Below are positions 38,578-49,700 of a stretch of 64,000 nt of DNA, piece after piece. The stretch lies in the NCBI RefSeq assembly GCF_902652985.1, contig NC_047021.1, positions 28,644,001 to 28,708,000 of the forward strand, given 5' to 3'. The translations under genes were made by a program, and so were the position numbers. The stretch comes from Pecten maximus. Taxonomy: Eukaryota. The notes beneath the pieces were generated by a model that searched no databases, had not been told where the DNA came from, and worked only from the letters and a program-made list of their open reading frames with translations. Numbering within the stretch: the first letter of the stretch is position 1; every line of letters starts with the position of its first letter.

Positions 38578-39291
38578 CGCGGTGGCCGAGTGGTTAAGGT
38601 GTCCCGACACTTTAACACTAGCTCTCCACCTCTGGGTTTGCGAGTTCGAAACCTACGTGGGGCAGTTGCCAGGTACTGACCGTAGGCCGGTGGTTTTTCT
38701 CCGGGTACTCCGGCTTTCCTCCACCTCCAAAACCTGGCACGTCCTTAAATGACCCTGGCTGTTAATAGGACGTTAAACAAAATAACCAATAACCAAACCT
38801 CTATAGAAAAAAAATATAATTTGATAAAATACAGTTCAGGAAGTTTCCTTAAATTATATAATGATTGACAGGGTATGGAATTAGGAATATTGGTGATACC
38901 TTTGACGAATAGTTGTTAATGGTAAAAAATGGCTTTGTTCCAGTCGCATTACATGATACGTAACTTAATCGATAAATATTCAATGAAACAATTAGGAATT
39001 ACTGGAGAGAAAAGGATTATGTATATTCACCAAAGCAAAGAATTCGTTGGTTTTTTTATTTTTTTATTTTAAGATAAGTTTTATTATGATAATGAAATCA
39101 AGTACTCAAAAATAATAAATCTGTGTAGATTCCAGATGATGCAGTGTTGTTGGGAGTTCACACCGTCTCGGCGTCCGACATTCCGTGACCTCATCAAGGA
39201 AATCAAACGGCTGCTGAAAGAAAGTGAGAAAGAGGAAAACAGCATATGTGACGTTACTGTTGACCTCGAAAGTGCTACCACCACTTCATGA
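19683..39291 (+). CDS. MET: MET/RON (HGF-receptor)-like receptor tyrosine kinase, whole gene span; 19 coding exons, ~1324 aa if one G at 22058-22060 is removed
   Basis: Signal peptide [18 protein letters not shown], Sema domain, PSI (CDSC..CGWC..HC), IPT/TIG repeats, TM helix, kinase with [48 protein letters not shown]. In-frame TAG at 19671 upstream of ATG 19683. Splice phases are consistent except at the exon 2/3 junction. Confidence 0.92.
21192..21813. mobile_element. Non-autonomous element with terminal palindrome (21192-21367) and internal/terminal inverted repeat
   Basis: Palindrome centred on GGCCGCAGGCC; ATTCTACCATGT 21368-21379 pairs with ACATGGTAGAAT 21802-21813. Confidence 0.65.
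21875..22073 (+). CDS. MET: MET-like coding exon 2 (Sema; apparent +1 frameshift near its end)
   Basis: ctacag|GCG...VVLLGTSDG...AAG|gtaact; 199 nt. Confidence 0.85.
22909..23055 (+). CDS. MET: MET-like coding exon 3 (end of Sema)
   Basis: ttttccag|VQVSRNY...[11 protein letters not shown]|gtatat; 147 nt, phase 0-0. Confidence 0.85.
23579..23746 (+). CDS. MET: MET-like coding exon 4 (PSI domain)
   Basis: [34 protein letters not shown]...CPPEIYQ|gtaagt. Confidence 0.92.
24390..25270 (-). mobile_element. Decayed Penelope-like retroelement (RT + GIY-YIG endonuclease remnants)
   Basis: [29 protein letters not shown] motifs; downstream frameshifted [12 protein letters not shown] and [11 protein letters not shown] remnants. 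Confidence 0.85.
25736..25872 (+). CDS. MET: MET-like coding exon 5 (IPT1, ends at a GC donor)
   Basis: [21 protein letters not shown]; phase-2 end AG|GCAGGT required by the next exon. Confidence 0.85.
26184..26301 (+). CDS. MET: MET-like coding exon 6 (IPT1)
   Basis: ttttgcag|[10 protein letters not shown]...MFNYL|gtaagt. Confidence 0.88.
26710..26852 (+). CDS. MET: MET-like coding exon 7 (IPT2)
   Basis: [31 protein letters not shown]; tttcag acceptor, AG|gtagaa donor. Confidence 0.9.
27741..27950 (+). CDS. MET: MET-like coding exon 8 (IPT2/3)
   Basis: DYIVCQLT...VVVFIDG...[14 protein letters not shown]; AG|gtaatt. Confidence 0.9.
28045..28141 (+). CDS. MET: MET-like coding exon 9 (IPT3)
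   Basis: [15 protein letters not shown]; ttgcag acceptor, GAG|gtttgt donor. Confidence 0.88.
28538..28777 (+). CDS. MET: MET-like coding exon 10 (IPT3/4)
   Basis: [17 protein letters not shown]...VYNDPVLF; 240 nt, phase 0-0. Confidence 0.88.
29811..30133. repeat. Interrupted (ATC)n microsatellite
   Basis: Direct observation. Confidence 0.95.
30234..30389 (+). CDS. MET: MET-like coding exon 11 (IPT4)
   Basis: [34 protein letters not shown]; AAG|gtaagt. Confidence 0.9.
31269..31551 (+). CDS. MET: MET-like coding exon 12 (transmembrane + juxtamembrane)
   Basis: [34 protein letters not shown] then basic [12 protein letters not shown]; A|gtaagt. Confidence 0.9.
32140..32325 (-). mobile_element. 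tRNA-derived V-domain SINE
   Basis: B-box GGTTCGATTCCC (reverse), V core GTGGGTTTTCCCCGGGTACTCGGGTTTCCTCCCAC, AT-rich tail. Confidence 0.85.
32495..32641 (+). CDS. MET: MET-like coding exon 13 (juxtamembrane to start of P-loop)
   Basis: ..[18 protein letters not shown]|gtgggt; phase 1-1. Confidence 0.88.
32978..33340. repeat. 33-bp intronic minisatellite, ~10-11 copies
   Basis: Unit ATTCATTCATTATTTGTTTACATGGTAGATGGT. Confidence 0.95.
33370..33453 (+). CDS. MET: MET-like coding exon 14 (kinase subdomains I-II)
   Basis: [11 protein letters not shown]...VAVKTIL. Confidence 0.93.
33832..34016 (+). CDS. MET: MET-like coding exon 15 (kinase III-V)
   Basis: [37 protein letters not shown]. Confidence 0.95.
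34408..34517 (+). CDS. MET: MET-like coding exon 16 (catalytic loop)
   Basis: [35 protein letters not shown]. Confidence 0.95.
35196..35733 (+). mobile_element. Composite SINE (Meta-domain-like core) with 9-bp target-site duplication
   Basis: TAGTGTTGA at 35187-35195 and 35734-35742; tRNA-like segment ~35340-35400; core AAATGGTAGCTGCT..CAGTGAGGTAGCACTATAAA; (AAACC)n tail. Confidence 0.85.
36021..36419. mobile_element. Palindrome-capped non-autonomous element
   Basis: Palindrome 36021-36181 centred on TGACGCCCTAACGGGCGTCA; weak inverted-repeat partner ~36401-36419. Confidence 0.6.
36761..36920 (+). CDS. MET: MET-like coding exon 17 (DFG / activation loop)
   Basis: [40 protein letters not shown]|gtgagt. 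Confidence 0.95.
38069..38205 (+). CDS. MET: MET-like coding exon 18 (kinase IX-X)
   Basis: [29 protein letters not shown]. Confidence 0.95.
38573..38799 (+). mobile_element. Full-length tRNA-derived V-domain SINE (second family)
   Basis: A-box GGTGGCCGAGTGG, B-box GAGTTCGAAACC, core TTTCTCCGGGTACTCCGGCTTTCCTCC, tail GCTGTTAATAGGACGTTAAACAAAATAACC. Confidence 0.9.
39129..39291 (+). CDS. MET: MET-like terminal coding exon
   Basis: [22 protein letters not shown]...ATTTS*; TGA at 39289-39291. Confidence 0.9.
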
Positions 39292-39685
39292 CATTTGTAG
39301 CTTGCGGTCTTTAGACATGTTCAAATTTGTCATAGTGGAGACAAGCTAAGCATCACTGTTTGTAATGATGCTGAAGTCAATGAATACGTTGTTCCTCACT
39401 GAACATTATAAATCTAGTCAGAAATGGATACAGTATCGAAAAGTATATCATATTCTATCATGTTGAAACACAAAAAGAGCGGCAAAAAATGGAAGATATA
39501 ACTTATCTTAGGCGCTATATATTTTCCATTCGTCAGAAAGCGCTGAGTTCTCTCCTTGATATTTTTTTTTTCATGTCCTCCTAATATCATGTTCTATTTT
39601 CTAGGCCTCTGCAACACGACACAATACTTTACCAGAGATTGTAAAACAGTACACGATAATCACATTCGTACATCATTAAGATGCA

Positions 39686-39691
39686 AATAAA
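39686..39691 (+). terminator. Candidate polyadenylation signal of the MET-like gene
   Basis: AATAAA ~400 nt after the stop codon. Confidence 0.3.
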
Positions 39692-40126
39692 TGTAAATTC
39701 ACGTGAAAAAAAATCATCATAGTCGGATACTCATGGTCGATTGCACTGCGCTAAGCTACACTTATAGTGTCATCAATCGTGGGTATCCGACGATGAAGAA
39801 ACACTCTACTGTTACGTACATACCTTAAACAATCGTTGTACGCCGTTTCATCGTTTCACGGACCTCAAGCAAGGTAGAATGCAATATATTTCCACCCTTC
39901 TATCGATGCAAAAGCCAGAAAAATATCACCTTGTAGTCTTGTTAAGGGCCAAACTATATCATACCGAATTCACCAATTACATGCCATCTCCAAAAATATC
40001 TATAAAACTCTCTAAAAAGCTATCTCAATCTCCTGTTTCCTTGATTATTTCCATTCAAGTTTCAAAATGTGTTTGTGTTGCCCGAGTTCTTCCCCAGGAT
40101 TTGTACGGTGAAGGCTTGCTGTTGAT

Positions 40127-40479
40127 ATAATTTAATTTTGTATGAAACACGCATTTTCATTGGCTGAAATAATTTTGTTATACCTCCATAACAAAATTTT
40201 TGACGTTGCGAAATGTAACGTCATTTTTGATTGGCTGATGACGTTGCGTAATAATTTATCACAGAAAAGAGTTCGCCAAAAAAAGTGAAATATCTTGGTG
40301 TGTATAATACGAAATTAAATTATAAGGATTAACATCAATTATTTTTTCTGTTATACAGTCATAACAGAAAAAACTGGAGTGTACTCTCTTCATAAACCGC
40401 TTCGCGGTTTATTTAGAGTACACTCCAGTTTTTTCTGTTATGACTGTATAACAGAAAAAATAATTGATGTTAATCCTTA
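40127..40479. mobile_element. Palindrome-capped non-autonomous element with a near-perfect 157-bp hairpin
   Basis: 40323-40479 with ~65-bp perfect arms, centre AAACCGC-TTC-GCGGTTT; inverted repeat 40127-40150 / 40299-40323. Confidence 0.75.
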
Positions 40480-41821
40480 AGTAACCATTCAAAATAATTT
40501 CAACGTGTGCAATGTGATAAATCATTTCATATATTTCATCCACTTCATTCAAATTGATTTAAGTCCCGTTTACATGCCGAAAATATACAATTTGTATAAG
40601 CATACTTATGTTATATAAGAATATTTGCTAAGCGTTCAAGATCATTAAATGGTCATTTAGCTTTATGTCATACAGAGGGTAGCCTCTTAATTATTTCCCT
40701 TCCATATAGGGATTGAACGGTGTTTTTGTTACGGTGGTATAATGGGATACAGACATTTTCTATATAGCGCGGTAATTTTAATGAAATGAATGTTCCATTG
40801 ATTATATTAGGCATATATAAATACGTGTTTACATGTTTGTATACTTTTAAACAACATGCCCCTTCGCACGACCGTTGGTTTACTTTTAGGCGGTAAACAA
40901 GTTGTACCGCTTTCATATAGACCACCGATAGTGATTTGCAGCAGTTGATCAATATGATTCTCAGTTATTGTAAAAGAGAGTTTACACTTTCTTTCGGGCG
41001 GAGGAATGATAATACAATGCGTTTCTTATCCAAGTGAGGACATAGTCGGTTTGGGGGTATCTTACGACATGTCGCGTTGCCAATCATGAATTAACTTGTT
41101 CATCTCGTTTATGTTGGAAACTGTCTCAAATGGAGGGAAAGTAACGTCTGTATATATTACACGTGAATTTCAGGCTGATAGTTAAAGCTTCTCTCGTGTA
41201 ATACATTAGATAAGATTGAAATCCTATATCAAAATGATTTTATACAGTGTCAGGGAGATAACTGTTGTAAGATTTACAAACCAAATGGTCAGTAGGATCA
41301 CAGGTGTTTGCATCTGTTTGATATCTATAGAAAAAAAGATTAGCCCTACTTTGATATAGTAGGAGTATCGACTAATTATTTATCTGTAAATACTTACAAT
41401 GTGCAGACGCCTGTGGTAGGGTGATGAAATAATATTATCTTAAGATTGTCGTAATTAAGTACCCAAGCGAGTATGTTAACCTTCTTCATCCGAACATCTA
41501 CATAATCAGCAGCAGTGATTTTGTCTTCATCTTAAATGAAGCAGATACCGTATTTTGACTTATCTGTCGACAGGCCCGTATTCATTGTTAGGCTGATTTA
41601 AAACAAATTCATAAAGAAAGTCGGTTGAACTATGGACGGTATTCAACATGCCTACCAATTGTACGCATAATGACTATTGATTTAAAATGAATATTATATT
41701 TTTATATTACATATAATTGCACGTAATCATTATTTTAACAGCAATTAATATCTCTGTTGATTCATTATTGTAAAAATATGCATGTACAAAAAACATTTAT
41801 TCGGCGAGACAAGGAATTTCC

Positions 41822-42858
41822 GTGTTTACTGGGGTGGGTTACGGAATGTATGGGAAAGTGATATTACACATGGAGTGTTCACTGGGGTGGGTTACTGAAT
41901 GTATGGGAAAGTGATATTACACATGGAGTGTTTACTGGGGTGGGTTACTGAATGTATGGGAAAGTGATATTACACATGGAGTGTTTACTGGGGTGGGTTA
42001 CTGAATGTATGGGAAAGTGATAATACACATGGAGTGTTTACTGGGGTGGGTTACTGAATGTATGGGAAAGTGATACACATGGACTGTTTACTGGGGTGGG
42101 TTACGGAATGTATGGGAAAGTAATAATACACATGGAGTGTTTACTGGGGTGGGTTACTGAATGTATGGGAAAGTGATAATACACATGGAGTGTTTACTGG
42201 GGTGGGTTACGGAATGTATGGGAAAGTAATAATACACATGGAGTGTTCACTGGGGTGGGTTACTGAATGTATGGGAAAGTGATAATACACATGGAGTGTT
42301 TCCTGGGGTGGGTTAGGGAATGTATGGGAAAGTGATAATACACATGGAATGTTTACTGGGGTGGGTTAGGGAATGTATGGGAAAGTGATAATACACATGG
42401 AGTGTTTACTGGGGTGGGTTACGGAATGTATGGGAAAGTGATAATACACATGGAGTGTTTACTGGGGTGGGTTACGGAATGTATGGGAAAGTGATAATAC
42501 ACATGGAGTGTTTACTGGGGTGGGTTACTGAATGTATGGGAAAGTGATAATACACATGGAGTGTTTACTGGGGTGGGTTAGGGAATGTATGGGAAAGTGA
42601 TAATACACATGGAGTGTTTCCTGGGGTGGGTTAGGGAATGTATGGGAAAGTGATAATACACATGGAATGTTTACTGGGGTGGGTTAGGGAATGTATGGGA
42701 AAGTGATAATACACATGGAGTGTTTACTGGGGTGGGTTACAGAATGTATGGGAAAGTAATAATAATACACATTGAGTGTTTACTGGGGTGGGTTAGGGAA
42801 TGTATGGGAAAGTGATAATACACAGGAGTGTTTACTGGGGTGGGTTACGGAATGTATG
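41822..42858. repeat. 53-bp G-rich minisatellite, ~19-20 copies
   Basis: Unit GTGTTTACTGGGGTGGGTTACGGAATGTATGGGAAAGTGATAATACACATGGA. Confidence 0.97.
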
Positions 42859-45734
42859 ATCATGGGAGTCTAATACAAAATGCATGATGTAACACATTGT
42901 ATAAAATATATTGCTGTTGTTCATTAAGTTTTTACTGGTGTAGGGAAGGTAAATAGGGAGAGCTTCGCTATAAAATTTACAAAACATTATTTGATATTGA
43001 AGAGATACAGTATTGACTAAGTTGGGTTATGAAAGATACAATCGATAGATTTTGGTTATAAATTGTATAAACCATATTGATATCAAGCTTGAATATTAAC
43101 TGGAGTGAGTTATCATAACCAGTAGGCTACTATGTTGTCTTAAACAACCCTACTAATTTGTGATAATTCTAAAATAAATTCATTCAGATAATATCAGAAA
43201 ACAGATAAAAGATAATCATGATTTTAAATATTGATAAAACAATGGCGAAATATGAACAAAATATGTATTTACTCTTGAAACAATTCAAGAATGATCATGG
43301 TCGATATTCATGAATCGATGCTCATGCTCAAGTATGTTTTGCTCAGGCTCAAATAATTTGGATAAGAAATATGATATCTTAACTTTTTGTTCTCGATATT
43401 TTGAAGAAATTTCAGAAAAACTTCAAGTGAAGATTATTTTCAAATTGAAGGTTTTCCTTTAAAACGTTATTTCATTATTTAAACGAGTTTAAAAGAAGAT
43501 GGGTTGAGCTTAAGCACGAGAATGGAGCATACGGACTCGGAACGATGAGCGTCTTCATCGGTGACATCCATCTAAGTCAAATCGGGGCAATACCACGTTC
43601 TCCGAATGAAAACCAGGATAGAGACTTAACTTTATTGTTCTAACACGTCATTTTATACCATCCCTTACATGAATATTTTTCAAAGTGTTTTTTTTTTTTT
43701 CACAATCATTTTATGTCATATTTTGTGTCCGATCCAAGATTCACCAGAATGAAGATGAGAATTATAACTATTAAGAACGTCAGAAATACAGTATATAAGT
43801 ATTCAATGTTATCGATTTATCATTCATATTAAATTTATATTTGCTTTTTTACAGATTATATTTTAATAAAATAATATTAAAAAAAAATGTTTTGTCAAAT
43901 TGTTTCATGGCAGCAAAAGATTTAGTAAATGATGGTTAATACACGATCCTAGTGTATTCATAAAGAACGAGATTATTCTTTATTTTATTGGTACATACAT
44001 CAACAAGATAAAGAACCGTATACATTTGCAATAGGAACTTATGTTTTCTGATAAAGGATGAAGCTTCACGTTCTTGCAATTAAAATTTGCGGGAGACGAT
44101 AAAAATGAAACTGGAGTGTTGGCGGAATCTTTCTACTTTTCCCAACTATCATCTTAATAATCCGATACATGTAACTAGGAAAACTTTCATATGAAATCTA
44201 GGAAAAGGTCTAGAAATAACTTTCTGGGAAATAGCGATAACAAACTTAAACTGTCAACATCCAAGACGACTGCCTGTTGGCCAATTTTGTTTTCTTAATA
44301 TAATCCAAATTTGGAATATTCCTCCAGTGCTTTTTAAGAAATAGCGATCAAGATTTCTAATTGTCAAAATCAAAGATGGCTGCCCGCTAGCCATTTCGTA
44401 AGTAAAATTAACTGATGGATGGATGGACAGGACAAATGCTTTACGTCCTTGTCAGTTCGTGGTAAGTAAAAATAATGAAAGATTAGAAGAGATTTTAGTA
44501 CTATTTTATTTTTCTAAGTCTGTGGCATTATGTTACAGTCCAGATTTGTGCAGGAATATCTACACACTTTGATTTTTAAAAGGAATTCATACCAATAAAG
44601 AATATTCTTAGACGAATAGACCTAAAGTTTAAATAACTGTAATGTCTTACCTGCAGGGTTTTATTCTGATGGTGTCAAGAGAATTAGATATAATATCAAA
44701 AATCAAACTTCATTTCATTACTCTTGCTAAGATTTAGCAATATGACATGTTTAACATAAAATAGGCTTTATAGTAAATCCTAAGTAAAAACCTGATACTC
44801 TATAAAGCATAAACAATGAATTTCCCTACAACTCGCACACAAATAGGCATCGTAAACAAGTCGGAGTCTATTTTTGTAAATTCTTTAAAGTATATTATCT
44901 TCAGTCCACACAATATTCATTAGTTTAATCACAAGAAAATTAAAAAATAATGGCAATACATAGATGTATTAACCAGATATGGTGTAAAGAATGCCCAATT
45001 AACCATCCATTGTAATACTGTTATTGAAACAATCTGAAAATAACTTTTGGGGACCGACACAAGCTTTTAAAATTGTGCACAAAAACAATGGGTTTTTTGC
45101 TATAAAATGTCTTGTCCCTCAAAATAATTCCTCTCAGTCCTGAATTATCTCCAACCTAAAACGACCGCCATTAGTGCCAAAGAATTAGAGTTAATTAAAA
45201 ATACATGTAAATCTTGTTTCTCTTAACAGAGAGGCCCAACTAATTCTGTCATGCTTTTGGTCATGGTTGAAAATACTGAAGATTAGTAGTTAAGCAAATA
45301 CCTTATCTAAAGTGGTGTCTTTCTAACATATTACAAAACCCAATAGAAATCAGACATTTGAATAACTTCTCCACCTTCAAAAGTCTATTCAATTCTATCA
45401 TGTATGTTATTATATTGTCTTATTTCATGTAATGTAGCCCACAAAATTACCTTCCACAACAAAACACCCACACACTGTAAATGCAATCAATTTTTAAGCA
45501 TCAACAATAACAACTCAGTTGTCACTGACCATGCATCTACAATTAACATCTCAATACATTTGTAGTCAAAAAGACTTTGTTTTTGAAATATTGTCTTAAG
45601 CTGTTTTTCATTTTTTTGCTGGAACACAGTCATTTAATCATACTTATGTCTGTAAATTATTTAAACCAATATTTGATAGTAAAGAAATCAGTACTCTTGG
45701 TTACGATTATACCACAGGCACCGAGATTCAACTG

Positions 45735-46200
45735 ATCCCTCATCTTAAGTGAGCTAGTATTAATGTTGTCGTAATATTACTCTTCATCTCAACTCTGAGC
45801 TATCAATGCAATATTACCCCTCCTAGTAACATCGTAATATTACCTCTTGTCAACTCTGAGCTAGTAATGTTGTAATTTCACCCCTCATCTCAACTCTGAG
45901 CTATCAATGCAATATTACCCCTCCTAGTAACATTGTAATATTACCTCTTGTCAACTCTGAGCTAGTAACGTTGTAATTTCACTCCTCATCTCAACTCTGA
46001 GCTAGTAATGTTGCAATATCACTCCTCATCTCAACTCTGAGCTAGTAATGCTGTAATATTACTCATCTCAATTCTGAGCTAGTAATGTTGTAATATTACT
46101 CATCTCAATTCTGAGCTAGTAATGTTGTAATATCACTCCTCATCTCAATTCTGAGCTAGTAATGTTGTAATATCACCCCTGATCTCAACTCTGAGCTAAT
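45735..46200. repeat. ~37-40 bp degenerate minisatellite downstream of the IFRD stop (probable 3' UTR)
   Basis: Recurrent CTCATCTCAACTCTGAGCTAGTAATGTTGTAATATT. Confidence 0.88.
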
Positions 46201-46699
46201 AATAAATATTACTACTGACGGTATTACCCCCTTTAGACTAGTAAGACAATAGTGTTGAAAATATCAAAATGTGGCACTGGGCAGTAACGTAGTACATAAA
46301 TGATGAATGAACCAGCAAATCATCTAATTCCCATAAATACATGGCACTGACCGGCGTTGGACACTCAAAATATTCTCAAGTTTTGCTTTAGCACTTTTAA
46401 AATATCATAAAATCACTCTTATAATATAACAACACTATACACTTGCACACACTTTTCTCTCATTACAAATGATCAAAATTATAATATTTACAATCTGATT
46501 AAAAACTGTGGTCTTCCACAAATTATTTCCCAAAGTTCTAAGCTGATCACACTAAATGTGGAGTTTGTTATGTTCAGCAGTATATCAATCAAATGTCCCC
46601 ATAGCTGGCACGGTCCACTGTTTTAATGAGATTGTGGTCTGTACACTTATACATAAATAATCAGTCAGTCTCACAGTCGTACATGGCAGAGATGTCTAG

Positions 46700-46789
46700 T
46701 TAATCTCCACTTATCATCACAGTTCGCTTGTCTCTGTGTTTGGACCGCACTTTAGTCCTGGCCTTAAAAACAGCAGCATTGTAATGGGT
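46700..46789 (-). CDS. IFRD1: IFRD exon 12 (terminal)
   Basis: THYNAAVFKARTKVRSKHRDKRTVMISGD*. Confidence 0.94.
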   Translation of the reverse strand, partial: THYNAAVFKARTKVRSKHRDKRTVMISGD

Positions 46790-49700
46790 CTGGAAAAGAA
46801 ATAATTAAATTTATTTACACACCTACCTCTCTCTAATATTGTATCATGCATTTCAATGTACATTTAAAACAGTTTTTGAATGAAAACTTCAGCAAGATCT
46901 GTACTCTTCCCTATTATAAAAATTATATCTTAACTAGTAATACAATCTTTACAAACTCCCTCTCTGAAAATAGCATTTAAGAATGCAAAAATCGATCTCC
47001 AGATTCTACAGCAACTTTGAAGTTGATCTAGGTCATTTCTGCAGATACTAAGCCGATAACCACTTTATTGAAATATAAGAGTAGGCTAGGTTTATGCATG
47101 TCAATATACTTTCTATCCATTCATTCCAGCATGCTATTCACCTAATATCAGGTCTCAAGTCTCTTAGCTCTGAAGAAATCATTGCCTTTAAGATTTTATC
47201 CTATTTGACCCCTGTGACCTTGAATGAAGGCCAAGGTCATAAATTTGAACAAGATCAACATCAAGTCTAATGGTAACTGAGAAGTAGTTGTTGAAAGGAA
47301 AAAGTTAACGATGGATACCACACCACGGCATAAGCTCTCTTGTCCTTCGGGCAGGTGAGCTTAAACTGAAATGATCAAGTAGCAATAACCCTATATATTA
47401 GTCTGACAGTTGGTGTTGTGTGAAATTCTTACCCTTTCCCACTTGGTTGGTTTAGATGAAGAACCAGGAGCAGAGGGGAGGAGAGGGTCACCTAGGCCAA
47501 ACACTTCTCGTACTAGGACATTATCCTGAAACAAAAAAGCAGTTTTAATGTTTTTGACAAAAGTTTAAGTAATTCCTGTGCTTTCCATACTTATAAAAGT
47601 GTTTCTAATTTATTATGGGCAGACTTTAATGGTATCAAACTTTTTGAAAAATGCACTTGAATATTTTCTGGGTTTTTTCTTTAATTTTTACATCTCATGT
47701 AGCAAAAATACAAAAAAAAGTAAACAAGTTCTATTTACAATCCACTGTACAATACTAGAAATATATTTAATTCTTTTTTCTGAATTAGATTCTGTAAAAA
47801 CTAACAGTTAAGCAGAAAGCTCTGTAAAAACTAACAGTTAAGCAGAAAGCTAACACCTTACTTAACATTTTTGGATTAACTTTGACAGTTAAAACCATGT
47901 ACAGTAAATTATTAAAGCATGGTTTTTTCTCACTGGTTTGGGAAGGGGCCTTCTTGTCTCATTTTGGGAAAACTGTTGGTGAATTGGGAAAGATTTTTCA
48001 GGAGTAAACTGCAAATTTTGGGAATTTGGCTTAAATATGAAATAATTTCAATTGGGAACCGGGCTCATTGACAATCCCAAAAAGCCAGCAGAAAAAGCCC
48101 TGTAAAGTGAGGTTAAAGTGAAATCAGGCGCAAATTATTAAAAGTAAAGAATGAAGTGTAGTGAGGGGGCGATAACTCATTAGAGTTATCGTTCCTTACG
48201 GAACGTAATGATAGTATGAGCTAATTCGCGATTTTTGCCGGCTATTGTAGCGATTTGGGAGCGGAAAAAATGGCACATACAATTTTGATGGGCTGTTGAA
48301 CCATTGTAAAACTCGGCTCGATCTAGGTCTGGATGTATCTGGTATCCCTGTGGAAATTCGTATTTATGTGATATTTTGGGTCAAACATGCCAAAATCGTC
48401 ACTTTGACTAAGAGGTTCTGTTTAAATCACCCTCAAAATTCAGAAAAAAATCCAGGGATATATACAATGCACATACAAAGAGATAAATGTTTCCTGAAGA
48501 AAACAGTGTGTTTAGTTTTTCGATATCTTTAGCAGAACGGTTACAAGATTGTTTTGAAAATGGCCTATTTTTTCGACCTTCTCAGTATTTTTCCATTCGA
48601 CTGGGGTATTTTCCTGCCTGTTTTGATGACGCAAGACCGGGTGTTTCCTTTCCGTTTAGCACGGTAGAACAGATGGACCGGATCGGCATACATAGTTATC
48701 AGCATTACATTCATTACGAATCAACTGGTTTTATATTTGTTTTGCGCGAGTCATCTTGATGATGTGTTTTAAAGCCTGCATTAACATCAACAGGTCCGTT
48801 AAAATTGACGTATGAAGTTTATATTTAATAGAAATTATTAACACACTTGGTTTGGTCGGCTTGACCGCATATATAAAGGACAACTATAGATAACGCCATC
48901 CTGAACTCATCGGGTATTATCGCTGAAATGATTCTCCGAGGAGTTCCGGATGGAACAACACCGGGGACTTCACGCCGCTTACTCGTTTAACCCCAGGCTT
49001 CAGCTGCATTCTAAGTGAGTTGTATTACATTTTCCCGTCAGGACCAGGACTTTTTAATATTATGTCATATTAAAAGTGACATTGGAGATTATAGTTGTTC
49101 TACTATGACCATATTTGTTGCTTTCCAGGATCAGTATTCATCGTCAACCCAGACCAGCGTTCAATTCTTTTCGATAACAAATCTAAACTCGTAGCCTACC
49201 GAGTCGTAGGCTTCCAGTACTGGCAGTAGGCCTAGTGTAAATGTTACGTGTTCATTAACGTTTTAGAGACAGGCGACGTTTAAATATGTAATATTTAATT
49301 TTTATTGTTTGTTTGTTTAATGAAATTACTGTGTCGTTAGTTGATGCTTTGATGTCTTGATCAGCTGATATTTGTTTATGTTGAGGAGCAACGACGTTTC
49401 GAGAATCATATCTCATACATATTAGCTTACGATGACACGAACTTTCAAGGAACTACTGTACACGTACTTCAGTACACACTAGCAGTATATTCAGAGACAT
49501 GTATATATGTCTCTGGTATATTGAACAATTCTTTTTCAGTAATATAAGTTTTTTTTTCAAATTTCTAATGAAATATTTATATTCTAATGCTTTAAATTTT
49601 GAAATTAAAGTCTCTGACCTGCCCTTTATTGAGATGGTTCTTAGGACAGTGTCAAATTATATCATCTTTTGCATTAATAAATATATGAAATAAGTTTTCA

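Noticed and set aside
38573-38660. tRNA gene candidates (also 32260-32325, 51018-51100, 52950-53040)
   Set aside because: The A/B boxes continue into V-SINE core and tail; these are SINE heads without a proper cloverleaf.
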